Source of the DNA: Spartobacteria bacterium | GTDB taxonomy: Bacteria > Verrucomicrobiota > Verrucomicrobiia > Chthoniobacterales > UBA6821 | DNA length: 64,000 nucleotides | Direction: 5' to 3' | Assembly (NCBI GenBank): GCA_947471565.1 | Contig: CANIVT010000013.1 | Span: 473 to 64,472 of the forward strand | Part shown: piece after piece, positions 26,972 to 36,776 of the stretch | How positions within the stretch are numbered: position 1 is the first letter of the stretch | Layout of the letters: every line of letters starts with the position of its first letter | The notes under the pieces: generated by a model | The model's database searches: none | The model's input: only the letters and a program-made list of their open reading frames with translations | Told to the model about the DNA's origin: nothing | Position numbers and translations under genes: made by a program

Positions 26972-29900
26972 ATGAACATCACGAAATCCCTTCCGGTGGC
27001 GTTTTGCGCCCTCTGCCTCCCGGTCCTGAAGCTTTGGGGGGAAGGATCGGCCCCGGCCTCGTTGCCGAACGGGGTCGATCCGATCGTCAAGTCCTCGGTC
27101 TACGGTGACAAGTCGGTCTGGTCGTATTCCTCGTCGGATCCGCTGCCGTGGACGTTGTTCCATCCCAAGGATTTTGGCTCGGCCAAAATCGATTTCAACG
27201 GCGATGGGGTCACCCCAGTCGGAACAGTCCCCGCTCCAGGGGTTCATCCGCGCATTTTCTTCTCGCCGGAGGATCTCCCCGCCGTCCGTAAACGCATCAA
27301 GGAAGATTCCGGGGCACAGTCTGCCTGGAAGCTGATTCTCGCCTACTCCCATGCCCTAAATCTGACCTATGACGAGAAAGCCGATTATGCACAACCCGAC
27401 TGGGCCAACGGCTCGTTCCGTGTCCATGGACGCACCGATCAGGTGATGCGGATCGGCGGGTATGATCCCAAGCGTGAGGATTATTACGGCCTGCTTGCGG
27501 AGGGCAAACCCACGGAAACCTACGAGAATCCGAAAAACGCCGGCAAGCCCCGCCCCTCTTACTTCTTTTTCCCCGCAGCCATCGAGGGGTTCCGTTGCCT
27601 GATCGATGACGATGCCGCGGGTGCCAGAAAACTCGCGGCAGCCGTGGCGACCTCGGTCAGGTTCGAGCAGGAGCGCCGTGCCAAGGAGGACAAGCCGGCA
27701 AAGCCGGGGCAACCGCCCCGTCCCTCCACACCCCGGTACGACGCCTCCCAACTCGGGCTTGTGTATGACTTCATCTACAACTGGATGACGCCGGAGCAGC
27801 GGAAGTTGGTGCATGACGAACTTGTGCTCCTCTCCTCTTGGGTGGACGGTTACGGAACTTTTAGCCATGCCGAGACAAGCCGGAGCAACTGGGCGACATT
27901 CAGTTACGAAGTCTGGGACACGGTGGCGATCGAGGGGGAGGAGGGATTCAACGACCTCAAGTTCCTCGGCCTCTACCGCGGATGGCGCGACTTCTTTACT
28001 TATTCCTTCTTCAACAGCGGATGCGCCTACGAGGCAGAGGGGAAACTTCTCTTCGGCCTCGACGCCGTGGTGGCCTTCGACCGGATCGCCCCGAAATACG
28101 GTCTTCCCCTGCTGTCGCGGCATCCGCTCATCCGCAACCACTACGGAAAGTTCACGGCCCTCTCGGTGATGCCGACGCAGGACAACCGATACGCCATTTT
28201 CGACATCCTGGGCGGCATGGGGCAGGGACTCTGCACCCCGCAGGATCTCGTCGTGGCGCACTACCTGTTCCCGGAGGACAAGACGATTGACTTCGTCTAC
28301 CGCTCGATGGTCGGGGAGGACTTCCGGAGACTGCCCACTCCGGGGCACAGCTGGAACAATCTGATCACCGACGCGATCTTCGCGACGACCCATCACCCCG
28401 GGAACACCCCGGAAAAACTGGGTCTGCCCCTGACCTTCTTCTGCGGGCAAAGGGCGGTGATGATGACGCGTTCCTCGTGGGACACCAACGCCACGTTCCT
28501 CACCATGCATGTGCGCGGTGCCAGCGGCGGTCACCCCTATGCCGACCGCAACGGTATCATGCTGGCCGCACAGGGGCGCTCCTGGGTGACGATCCCTTTC
28601 AAGGACGGCAAATCGTGGCAATGCAGCACGGTGACTTTTAACGGCTGTGAGCAAAGCAGCACCACGCCGGGACGCGTCGTGGACTTCGTCGACACGCCCG
28701 ACGCGACCTTCATGGTCGGGGACAGCAAGTATTGCTGGGACTGGATCTGGGGCGGAGCGGACAAGAACAAGCAGGGGCAACCCGTCACCCGCAGGGACGT
28801 GGAGGAGGGGAACGTGGAGCTGGGAAAGACGCGCAAGCCGGTCGAACTGAGCTTCAACGATTTCGCCAGAACCAAGGTCGACGTGCTCGATTACACCCAA
28901 CCGATGAAATACTCGGGTCACTGGGTTGGTCCCGACGGGACGCTGCGCTCGTACTACAAGATGGTCAACAATCCCGTCATCAAGTCGTTCCGAACAGCCG
29001 GCCTGGTCAGGGGAAACCGCCCCTATGTGCTGGTGCTTGACGACATCCAGCACGACGCCCTTCCCGCGCTTTACGAGTGGCATCTCAGCCTGCCTGCGGA
29101 CCTCGTTCGAACCCAACCGCCTACCGGTTCGCAACCCGGAGATCTTTTTTTCGCGGCCAAGGAGTCCGTGAGCGACAAGGGGGATCTCGTCGCGGGATCA
29201 CCCGCTCTTCTCGTGCGGGTGCTTGATCAAAAAGGGAGCACCGTGGCGCCGCGGATCATCGAGGGTAATCCCCAGGTGCTCACTCTCGGCACTCGGGCAG
29301 TGGATCCCTCCTTCAAGGTCCTGATCCATGCATTCCGGGGAGGTGATCCCGTTCCTCAGACAACACCCTTGAGCGGCGGCAAGATTGAGGTCAACTTCCC
29401 GGACCAGAAGGATACCCTGGCTTTCAGTGAGGCCTCCTCCGGCAAGACGGATCTTGTGATCACCCGCGACGGGAAGGAAATCACGGCGGTGAGGAACCCG
29501 GTTCCGAAACTCGAGGATCCCGACTCGGATCTTCTGACAAAGCAGCAGCAGGAAACGGCCGCAATCGCCTCTTCCCTTGCTTCCTTTGATGCTGCAAAGA
29601 TCCCGGGCCTTGTGGCCTCGTGGGATTTTTCGAAGGCCGGACCCGGGGGCTATCCGGCACTCAAAACAAACATTTCCCCGATCCCGTCGACCAACACATG
29701 GACGCTTGCGGGTCTCTCCGGCACAGCCCTTGGCATCGACAACCACGGACTGACCGTTCCTTTTCCCTTCAAGGAGCAGTGCCCCGGGGCGCTGACTGTC
29801 GCTTTCTGGGTGAAATGGCTCAAGACCCCGCCCGCTTCGCCCAAGGAGAAGACTTCCGACGGCCCGTGGATGGGTGATGTGATCTCGGTCAACGGCGGCA

Positions 29901-30229
29901 ATGGTTTCGTCATGAGCCTGATTCAGGGTGGACTGAATTTCCACTCGGCTGGGAACAGCGATCTCCTTCCATCCGCCGCCCTGTTCGGATGGACGCACTA
30001 CGCCGTCACCACCGACGGAAAGTCCGAAACCCTCTATGTGAACGGAAGACCCCAGATTACGAACGCACTCTCCAAACCACTCACTCTCGGCGGAAAAATC
30101 AATCTGGCGGGAGGGGGCTACGGAGGGTTCAGCGGCGCCTACCAGGATCTCAGAATCTACAACCGGGCATTGTCCGCCGAGGAACTCCTGAGGATGGTGC
30201 TGAAGGCAACCATTCCGGGTTCCCCCTGA
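26972..30229 (+). CDS. Heparinase II/III-like protein with a C-terminal LamG (concanavalin-like) domain
   Basis: The start is the ATG at 26972 ('MNITKSLPVAFCALCLPVL' signal); the upstream part of ORF 26429.. is antisense to the fucosidase gene. 'VHPRIFFSPEDLPAVRKRIKED' is the N-terminal motif typical of heparinase II/III / alginate-lyase-like proteins. The C-terminal 'LTVAFWVKW...YVNGRPQ...YQDLRIYNRALSAEEL' is LamG-like. Confidence 0.65.
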   Translation: MNITKSLPVAFCALCLPVLKLWGEGSAPASLPNGVDPIVKSSVYGDKSVWSYSSSDPLPWTLFHPKDFGSAKIDFNGDGVTPVGTVPAPGVHPRIFFSPEDLPAVRKRIKEDSGAQSAWKLILAYSHALNLTYDEKADYAQPDWANGSFRVHGRTDQVMRIGGYDPKREDYYGLLAEGKPTETYENPKNAGKPRPSYFFFPAAIEGFRCLIDDDAAGARKLAAAVATSVRFEQERRAKEDKPAKPGQPPRPSTPRYDASQLGLVYDFIYNWMTPEQRKLVHDELVLLSSWVDGYGTFSHAETSRSNWATFSYEVWDTVAIEGEEGFNDLKFLGLYRGWRDFFTYSFFNSGCAYEAEGKLLFGLDAVVAFDRIAPKYGLPLLSRHPLIRNHYGKFTALSVMPTQDNRYAIFDILGGMGQGLCTPQDLVVAHYLFPEDKTIDFVYRSMVGEDFRRLPTPGHSWNNLITDAIFATTHHPGNTPEKLGLPLTFFCGQRAVMMTRSSWDTNATFLTMHVRGASGGHPYADRNGIMLAAQGRSWVTIPFKDGKSWQCSTVTFNGCEQSSTTPGRVVDFVDTPDATFMVGDSKYCWDWIWGGADKNKQGQPVTRRDVEEGNVELGKTRKPVELSFNDFARTKVDVLDYTQPMKYSGHWVGPDGTLRSYYKMVNNPVIKSFRTAGLVRGNRPYVLVLDDIQHDALPALYEWHLSLPADLVRTQPPTGSQPGDLFFAAKESVSDKGDLVAGSPALLVRVLDQKGSTVAPRIIEGNPQVLTLGTRAVDPSFKVLIHAFRGGDPVPQTTPLSGGKIEVNFPDQKDTLAFSEASSGKTDLVITRDGKEITAVRNPVPKLEDPDSDLLTKQQQETAAIASSLASFDAAKIPGLVASWDFSKAGPGGYPALKTNISPIPSTNTWTLAGLSGTALGIDNHGLTVPFPFKEQCPGALTVAFWVKWLKTPPASPKEKTSDGPWMGDVISVNGGNGFVMSLIQGGLNFHSAGNSDLLPSAALFGWTHYAVTTDGKSETLYVNGRPQITNALSKPLTLGGKINLAGGGYGGFSGAYQDLRIYNRALSAEELLRMVLKATIPGSP

Positions 30230-30264
30230 AGTCAGGATTCCATTTCACGAGCGCATTCCCCCCC

Positions 30265-33200
30265 ATGAAAAACCGATGGTTTCTTGCATCGTTGATCCTG
30301 CCCTCCGGTTGGCTGCACGCTGAAAATGCCGCCACCAATGGAGCGGCAGTCCCCATAGAGGCAACATCGACGCCCGTCACCCGCCATCTGGACGGAACGG
30401 AGGTGAGGAGACTTACCCCGCCACCGGCTCCCGGTGTCCATCCGAGAATTTTCTTTTCTCCGGAGGATCTTCCCGAGCTTCGGCGACTGGCCACGCAGTC
30501 GCCGGCCAGAAAAAACGCCTATGAGGCGCTCAGGAAAACGGTGTACGTCACACTCGATAATCCCGTCACCCCGGAGGGGAAAATCCTGACGCTGATTTCC
30601 GAGGGGAAGACTCCCTCGGACGCCCAGTTCGCGGCGGCTTCCGATCTCTCCCATCAGCTTGCTCTAGCTTCCATCGATGCGCAGATCTCCAATGATGCGG
30701 AGAGGGGCAAACTGCTTGGCAAGATCCTCTCCGCAGAGGGGAGCTATCTCCTAAGGACATGGCATCGGCCCAAGGACCCCGTGGGTCTTCACAACGGATG
30801 GGACAGTTACCTCTGTCTCGCCTACGATTTTCTGGCCTCTTGGATGTCAGAGGAGCAACGCTCCCCGGTCAGGAAGTTCATCGTGAAGATGATGGACGGG
30901 ATCAATATCTTCACCCATGACTGGCCCGCCCACATGCGGATGTGGAATTGGGCCGGGCTCCATGTCTATCAAGGGTGGGGAACACTCGCCATCGAGGGGG
31001 AGGAGGGGTGGAATCCCAAGCTCTGGAATCAGGCCAAGGAAGTGGCCCGGGATTTCTGCCGTTACAACATTCACGAATCGGGCTCCCTTACCGAGGACCT
31101 GACCTATTTCACCCTGGGATTCCAGGGAGCCGGTCTCGTGATGATGGCCGATGCCAAACGTGGCGGTGAGGATGTGTGGGCCGAAGGGAGCAATGTCGGG
31201 AAGCTCAGAAATCATCTTGTGAACCAGCTCCATCCTTGGGGCGGGGAATTCATGAGCCACGCCGACGGCTCGGGAAGCGGATTCTACTCGGCCTGGACGA
31301 TCCTCAAGTACATGTACCCGACCGACCCGATGATCGACTGGGCATGGCGGCACCGTGTCGGCGAGGATTACGGCAACGGAGGAGCGGGCAACGACAGGGG
31401 AACGCGCGAGTGGCTGATGGTGCTCTTCAATACCGAGCATTTGTCCAAGGCGGTCTCTCCTTCGGAAATGGGACTTCCTACGACCTATTTTTGCCCGAAG
31501 CGCAGTTACCTCGTCGCCCGCTCTGGATGGGATACCAACGCCCTGAAACTCGATTTCGAGGCAAAAACCGACTACCCCGTTGTCGGTCACAATCATGCCG
31601 ATGCCAACAACTTCACCCTCGCGGCCCTCGGTCGCGAATGGGCCACCGAGGTGGGCTACCATGCTGCCGCCGGTCACCTTCATAACAATGTCCTGATCGA
31701 CGGCCGTTCCGAATCGCCCTGGCCGGCCCCCGGGGGACGCTGGATCAACCTGATCGACACCCCCGAAGTCACCCTAGGTGTCGGTGATGCCGAGCATGCC
31801 TACACGTGGAGATGGACGGATTCCGGGTTCGGCGTGGACAATACCCCACCCACAGACATTGACGAGAAGTGGGAGCTGGAGACCCAGCCCGATGTGAGGG
31901 AGTTCGTCCGGGAGCAGGTTGAGTCCGGCAAGGGGCGTCAATCGATCTTCGAGCATCATGGACCGGTACTCCGTGGGCTGTGGAATCCAGTGCAGAAGGC
32001 GTTCCGCACTGCCGCGTTGGTCCGTGGCAATCATCCCTATGTCCTGATGGTGGATGACATCCGCAAGGATGATTCCTCACATCTCTACGAATGGGCCATG
32101 CACCTCCCCCCCGATCTGGAGATCATCAGGAGCGGGGGTAACTGGGTCGATCTCGGCGCCCGTGAGATCCCGGCCGATCCAAAAATCAAGGGGGACAAGC
32201 CCAAACAGGATAAGAGGCGCCTTCTCGTCCAGGTTCTCAATGCCGACCATGATTCCCCCGCTGACGGAATGGCTATCCGCATCGACCAGTCATCGATCGG
32301 CAACGGGGCCTTCGATCAAGGAGCACTTCACAAGCGTCTCCTGATACCGGCAAGGACGAAGGAACCGCGCTTCAAAATCCTTCTCTACCCCCACATGGAG
32401 GGGGAAGCGATACCCGACATCCTCTGGAATCAGGAGCATGACGCCGTTTCGATCAAGACTCCGGATCAGACCGATGTCTGGTCCTTTGCCCCGGCGGCGG
32501 AGGGTCGCACGGCGGTGGCGCTGTCCCGCGAAGGCCGGACGATTGCCGTGGCCAATTCAACCCCTGCATCGCCCGAAATCACCACGCCGGGCCGTTTCTT
32601 CACCGGGAGCACCAAGGTTTCCTTCCTGCTGCCAGGACCCGGTCAGGAAATCCGCTACACGCTCGACGAAAGCCAACCGGGCCCCGATTCCACGTTCTAT
32701 GCCGGGCCGTTTTCTCTCGATAAAACAGCCGTTGTGAAGGCCATCACCGTCGCCCGAGATTGGAAATTCGGCAAGGAAGGGACGAGTCCCGTCACCGAGA
32801 CGAAATTTGTCCGTGGAGAACCGATGGAGCCCGTCAAAGTCCCCGATCTGGAACCGGGTCTGAAAGCATCCGTCCATCTCGGTTTCTGGAACACTCTTCC
32901 TGATTTCACCAAACTGAGGGAGGAATTCACCGACGGGGTAAGCTCATTCATCTTCCCTCCCGCCACCCCCGGCAAGGGATTCGGAGTTGTCATCGACGGT
33001 TACATCAAGGTGCCGGCTGACGGAGTCTACACGTTCGCCCTTCGCAATGACGACGCAGCAAAACTCTGGATCGACGGCCAAGAGGTCGTCGACAACGACG
33101 GGGCCCATGTGGTCCGGACGAGGACCGGAGAAATCGCCCTCAAGGCCGGCCTCCACCGGATCAAGGTGGCCAACTGTGACATGGCCTTGGCCTTGGGAAC

Positions 33201-34377
33201 AGCCAAGGGAGACGGATCATGGGCGTTCGACGTTCTGTGGGCTCTGCCTGGTGCGGGACTCTCTCCTGTTCCCGAAGAGATCCTGTTCCGCGAAACGGGT
33301 CTCGCGTTCAGCGCTCCCAAACCGCTTTCCGTGAGCGCCGTGGAAAAAGCGGACACAGAGCCCGGCCTTTTGTATTCCACGTTCGACCGATCCGGGGAGA
33401 AGGGGACACCCGCCTACTTCCAGACTCCTCCCGGCAGGCTCCGACTCTCCACGACGGCCTCATCGGTGGTTCCCCCGGACTCCGATCCGGGCCTGCTGAA
33501 TGTCTACGAGGGATACCTGCGCGTCCGTCATCCCGGCACCTATGCCTTCAGGCTTCCGGTGGCGGGATTGGCGGAGTTGGAGATCGGCGGCCACGTCGTC
33601 TCGAGGATCGGTCTGGAAGGCGCCGACCTTTCCCGTGCCGTCGAACTCCCCGAGGGATTGGTCTCCTTCCGACTGAAGGCCGGCAAACTGCCGGAACCCC
33701 TGCTCTGGAAGGGTCCTGGCATGGACTGGCAACCGTTGCCGAGCGGGGATCTTGTGCGCAGCGAGGGTGCCGTGAAAGTGGTCCGCAAGGGGGATCTCCT
33801 CGGCGATTGGCGGGCCTCGAAATTCAAGGAAGGAAAACTGGTCAATCTGGCCGATTCGGTTGCCGGACCGCTCCCGATGCCCGACGGGGTCCAGGTGGTG
33901 ACCGATCCTGCGGAGGGCAAGGTGCTGCGCCTCGATCATGCGCCGATGGTCAAGCTCGACCCGACCGGCATCCTGGCCAACGAACTGACGGTGGTGATCC
34001 GTTTCAGAAGCGACAAGGATGCCTCGCTTTTCCGCTACGGCTACGCCCACTTCGGCGTCTTCGCCAACATCGGCGGTGGAAATGTCTCCGCCGCCGGCGG
34101 AGGGCTTTTCAGGGTTGCCTCAAGCAAGGGAGAAAAACTGCGTGATGGCATATGGCACACGGCGGCCTTCACGTTCGGGGGCAGTCCGGTTCGCGGCATC
34201 AAGGTCTATCTGGACGGGGAGCTGCAGGGGGAGGGACGCAGCAAGGCACCCTGCCTGACCGACAACCTCGAGTTCCTCAAGGACTTCACCGGGGATCTCT
34301 CCTTCATCAGGCTTTATAACCGGATCCTGACGGAGGAGGAGATCAAAGGCATGGGTTCCAGGAAAAGCAAACCGTGA
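30265..34377 (+). CDS. Heparinase II/III-like protein carrying two PA14-like modules and a C-terminal LamG domain (paralog of 26972-30229)
   Basis: The start is the ATG at 30265 ('MKNRWFLASLILPSGWLHA'). Motifs are 'VHPRIFFSPEDLPELRRL' and 'VVGHNHADANNFTLAALGREW' (Hepar_II_III-like). 'IRYTLDESQPGPDSTFYAGPF' is chitobiase-C-like. 'GVVIDGYIKVPADGVYTFALRNDDAAKLWIDGQEVV' and 'YEGYLRVRHPGTYAFRLPVAGLAELEIGG' are PA14-like. 'LSFIRLYNRILTEEEI' is a LamG-type end. Confidence 0.65.
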   Translation: MKNRWFLASLILPSGWLHAENAATNGAAVPIEATSTPVTRHLDGTEVRRLTPPPAPGVHPRIFFSPEDLPELRRLATQSPARKNAYEALRKTVYVTLDNPVTPEGKILTLISEGKTPSDAQFAAASDLSHQLALASIDAQISNDAERGKLLGKILSAEGSYLLRTWHRPKDPVGLHNGWDSYLCLAYDFLASWMSEEQRSPVRKFIVKMMDGINIFTHDWPAHMRMWNWAGLHVYQGWGTLAIEGEEGWNPKLWNQAKEVARDFCRYNIHESGSLTEDLTYFTLGFQGAGLVMMADAKRGGEDVWAEGSNVGKLRNHLVNQLHPWGGEFMSHADGSGSGFYSAWTILKYMYPTDPMIDWAWRHRVGEDYGNGGAGNDRGTREWLMVLFNTEHLSKAVSPSEMGLPTTYFCPKRSYLVARSGWDTNALKLDFEAKTDYPVVGHNHADANNFTLAALGREWATEVGYHAAAGHLHNNVLIDGRSESPWPAPGGRWINLIDTPEVTLGVGDAEHAYTWRWTDSGFGVDNTPPTDIDEKWELETQPDVREFVREQVESGKGRQSIFEHHGPVLRGLWNPVQKAFRTAALVRGNHPYVLMVDDIRKDDSSHLYEWAMHLPPDLEIIRSGGNWVDLGAREIPADPKIKGDKPKQDKRRLLVQVLNADHDSPADGMAIRIDQSSIGNGAFDQGALHKRLLIPARTKEPRFKILLYPHMEGEAIPDILWNQEHDAVSIKTPDQTDVWSFAPAAEGRTAVALSREGRTIAVANSTPASPEITTPGRFFTGSTKVSFLLPGPGQEIRYTLDESQPGPDSTFYAGPFSLDKTAVVKAITVARDWKFGKEGTSPVTETKFVRGEPMEPVKVPDLEPGLKASVHLGFWNTLPDFTKLREEFTDGVSSFIFPPATPGKGFGVVIDGYIKVPADGVYTFALRNDDAAKLWIDGQEVVDNDGAHVVRTRTGEIALKAGLHRIKVANCDMALALGTAKGDGSWAFDVLWALPGAGLSPVPEEILFRETGLAFSAPKPLSVSAVEKADTEPGLLYSTFDRSGEKGTPAYFQTPPGRLRLSTTASSVVPPDSDPGLLNVYEGYLRVRHPGTYAFRLPVAGLAELEIGGHVVSRIGLEGADLSRAVELPEGLVSFRLKAGKLPEPLLWKGPGMDWQPLPSGDLVRSEGAVKVVRKGDLLGDWRASKFKEGKLVNLADSVAGPLPMPDGVQVVTDPAEGKVLRLDHAPMVKLDPTGILANELTVVIRFRSDKDASLFRYGYAHFGVFANIGGGNVSAAGGGLFRVASSKGEKLRDGIWHTAAFTFGGSPVRGIKVYLDGELQGEGRSKAPCLTDNLEFLKDFTGDLSFIRLYNRILTEEEIKGMGSRKSKP

Positions 34378-34397
34378 CGGGGTTCCGAACCGCCCCC

Positions 34398-36584
34398 CTA
34401 TTGGGGCGCGAGCACCGTCATGTCCTTGCGGCGTTCGGGGGGGGTGACCTTGAGATCAACAAGGGCTCCCGCGCGGACCGTTCCCTCGACGGTCGTCATT
34501 TTGGGGGCGTGGAGTTTGAAATCCGCGTCCCAGTCCTTGGGCCAAGCAGGCAACACCGTGATTTTGTCACCCTCCGATTGCAGGAGCATGGTTTGGAGGG
34601 CGTGCAGGCCGTTTCCCCCGTTGTCCTGGTCCGGCGAATAATCGAAACCGGCAGGCCAGAAAGCGGGGAAGCGGAACCTTCTGTCCCTTGCCGTCAGATG
34701 CTTGATGACCGCGGCCCTGGCGGTCGCGGCATCCCCCAGAAGCGCGGCTTGGGTTCCGTTCTGCGACCAGCAGCCGAACCATTTGTTGCGGCGGGTGTCA
34801 AAGGTGCGTTTGGCCATCTCGTAGTCGGGCTTCCCCAATCCGTAAATGCGGAACGGATAAACCGCGTAAAGTTCGGGATTCTCCATGTTGTGGCCGCCGC
34901 AGACAGGGGACTCGTGGGTCAGGATTCTCTTTCCCCCGTCGCCCTCCCCGATCGGAATCGGGGGAAGCTCGTCGAGAAGTTTCTTCCAGTGCGCGCGCAT
35001 GGCCGGTGTCCCGAGATCATCGGGCAGTGCCAGGAGTCCGGTGAGAACCCAATGCAGTCCGGCCACGTCGGGCGTCGGATTGTTGACCTTCCAGAATGTC
35101 TCGATGGCATTGGCGGGGCTGATGAACAGCTTCCCTTTGTCGTCGCGCTTGAAATGCTTGTCGAAAAACGTGATCCCGGCATCAGCCATCGGGACGAGGG
35201 TGTTCCGCGCAAAATCCTTGTCACCGGTATGGGCGTAGTAATCGAGACCCATCGCGCTGTATTCCAGGATGGGGGTGTAATAGTGCAGCGTGTATCCCGG
35301 ATGGCTTTCGGGAGGCAGGTAGTCGAGCCCCCCCCAGAACGGGCCTGTCTCGCGGAAGTAGGCGCCCTCGTGGCCGTAATATTGCTGAACCAGCTTCGAG
35401 TTCCCTTCCAGCATCCCGCGGTACATGCGGAAAAACGGCCGCATGAGGTCGTAATCACCCGAGGCCATCATCGGCCAGTACACGGGACGCGTGTTCTGGA
35501 ACCAGTATTGGTAACCCCATCCCCGGAAATCCGCGGTTCCGGGCGTCACGATATCGGGTTTCTCCTTCTTCTTGTCGCGGTGGACGATCGGACCCTTCGG
35601 CTCGATGACAAAGAGTGATCCGTTGAACTTGATGGGAAAATCACCGCGGCTGGAACAGGCGTTGATGTAGCGCTGGAGGAGGTATCCCGTGGTCACCTCG
35701 CGGGCTTTTTCTCCCGCGGTGATGAAGATATGGCTGCGGTCCCAGAAGCCGGACCACCAGGCGTCATGCTCTTTGCGCGCGGTGTCCAGGGGAGTGGCGT
35801 CGGACGAGGCAACCTGGGCCTCGAGTTTCCTGAGCCATTCGGCCGGGTCGGGGGCCTGCATCGTCAGGGTGTGGATGGAAACTTCCTGGGTGGTCGCCGG
35901 ACTTGCTGATTCCAGCGTCGAGGCATCTTTGGAAACCAGATTTTTCCCTTCGATGAGACCTCCCGTCATGCGGTCGGTCAGTTCGGGAATTTGCCTGTTG
36001 ATGCTGCGGTAATACCACGCGACGCGGTTTTTTTGCCCCGTGAGGATCGTGTCGGCCCCGAGCCATTCGTTGGGCTCGGTGCGCCATGATTCCAGCGAAA
36101 CCTTCATCTGCACGGGCGAGGTCGCGGCACACTGCACATGGATGACCGGGCGGTTTGCATCCACCCAGAGAAGAATAACCGACTTTTTCCCCTCCTCGCC
36201 GACGCTCGCCTCAAAGAGACCCTCCCGGAGGAGAAGGGACTGCCTGAAACCCTGCGCGGGTGGGGCGAAGGGATTGGGCGACAGGGAAACCCTGACGCGG
36301 CCCAGCTTGATCAACCCGTAGGCGCCGTATCCCGGCGAGGTCGTGTCACCGCTCCAGGCATCGTTCTTGCCGATGTAAAAAACGAGATCCCCGTTATTTT
36401 CCACCCATGCGTTGAGGGCGATGTCCCCGTTTCCCACAGGCATGGAGCCGGAGGAGTCGGCACCCGGTTTGTTCCACACCACGTCGTAATCTTCCAGGCG
36501 AGGTGAGGCGGATTGGGCGGTGACGGTGGAGGCCTGTCCGGTGAGCACCCAGAGCAGGGTGGCAATCAATCTAAGGTGTTTCAT
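34398..36584 (-). CDS. DUF5703-like putative glycoside hydrolase (GH95-clan-like), secreted
   Basis: The start is trimmed to the ATG at 36584 ('MKHLRLIATLLWVLTGQASTVTA' signal). Motifs are 'YDVVWNKPGADSSGSMPVGNGDIALNAWVENNGDLVFYIGKNDAWS' and 'YQYWFQNTRPVYWPMMASGD'. The 5' 1.27 kb of ORF 34398..37850 is antisense to the FGE-like gene and is not credible. Confidence 0.55.
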   Translation of the reverse strand: MKHLRLIATLLWVLTGQASTVTAQSASPRLEDYDVVWNKPGADSSGSMPVGNGDIALNAWVENNGDLVFYIGKNDAWSGDTTSPGYGAYGLIKLGRVRVSLSPNPFAPPAQGFRQSLLLREGLFEASVGEEGKKSVILLWVDANRPVIHVQCAATSPVQMKVSLESWRTEPNEWLGADTILTGQKNRVAWYYRSINRQIPELTDRMTGGLIEGKNLVSKDASTLESASPATTQEVSIHTLTMQAPDPAEWLRKLEAQVASSDATPLDTARKEHDAWWSGFWDRSHIFITAGEKAREVTTGYLLQRYINACSSRGDFPIKFNGSLFVIEPKGPIVHRDKKKEKPDIVTPGTADFRGWGYQYWFQNTRPVYWPMMASGDYDLMRPFFRMYRGMLEGNSKLVQQYYGHEGAYFRETGPFWGGLDYLPPESHPGYTLHYYTPILEYSAMGLDYYAHTGDKDFARNTLVPMADAGITFFDKHFKRDDKGKLFISPANAIETFWKVNNPTPDVAGLHWVLTGLLALPDDLGTPAMRAHWKKLLDELPPIPIGEGDGGKRILTHESPVCGGHNMENPELYAVYPFRIYGLGKPDYEMAKRTFDTRRNKWFGCWSQNGTQAALLGDAATARAAVIKHLTARDRRFRFPAFWPAGFDYSPDQDNGGNGLHALQTMLLQSEGDKITVLPAWPKDWDADFKLHAPKMTTVEGTVRAGALVDLKVTPPERRKDMTVLAPQ

Positions 36585-36627
36585 GGGGGTGGGTGGCTGG
36601 GGCGCCGATGCCCGGGTGGGCCACTGC

Positions 36628-36663
36628 GCATGCATCACTCTTGAGAATGGCATGCATTTGGCA
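36628..36663 (+). promoter_or_regulatory. Two GCATGCAT boxes 22 nt apart, the second embedded in TGGCATGCATTTGGCA (sigma-54-like GG-N10-GC spacing)
   Basis: Read directly: GCATGCAT at 36628-36635 and 36650-36657, and TGGCAT-N5-TGGCA at 36648-36663. This compares with the consensus TGGCAC-N5-TTGCA. The site lies in the divergent intergenic region between 36584(-) and 36777(+). Confidence 0.25.
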
Positions 36664-36776
36664 ACCTTGAATTTGGAAACGTTCACCCGCAAGCAAGCGA
36701 CCGTTCCCGGAGAATTTGTCATTGATGGGGAATGAGGAACGCTTTCAGATAGACCCCAACCACCCCCTATCCTCCG

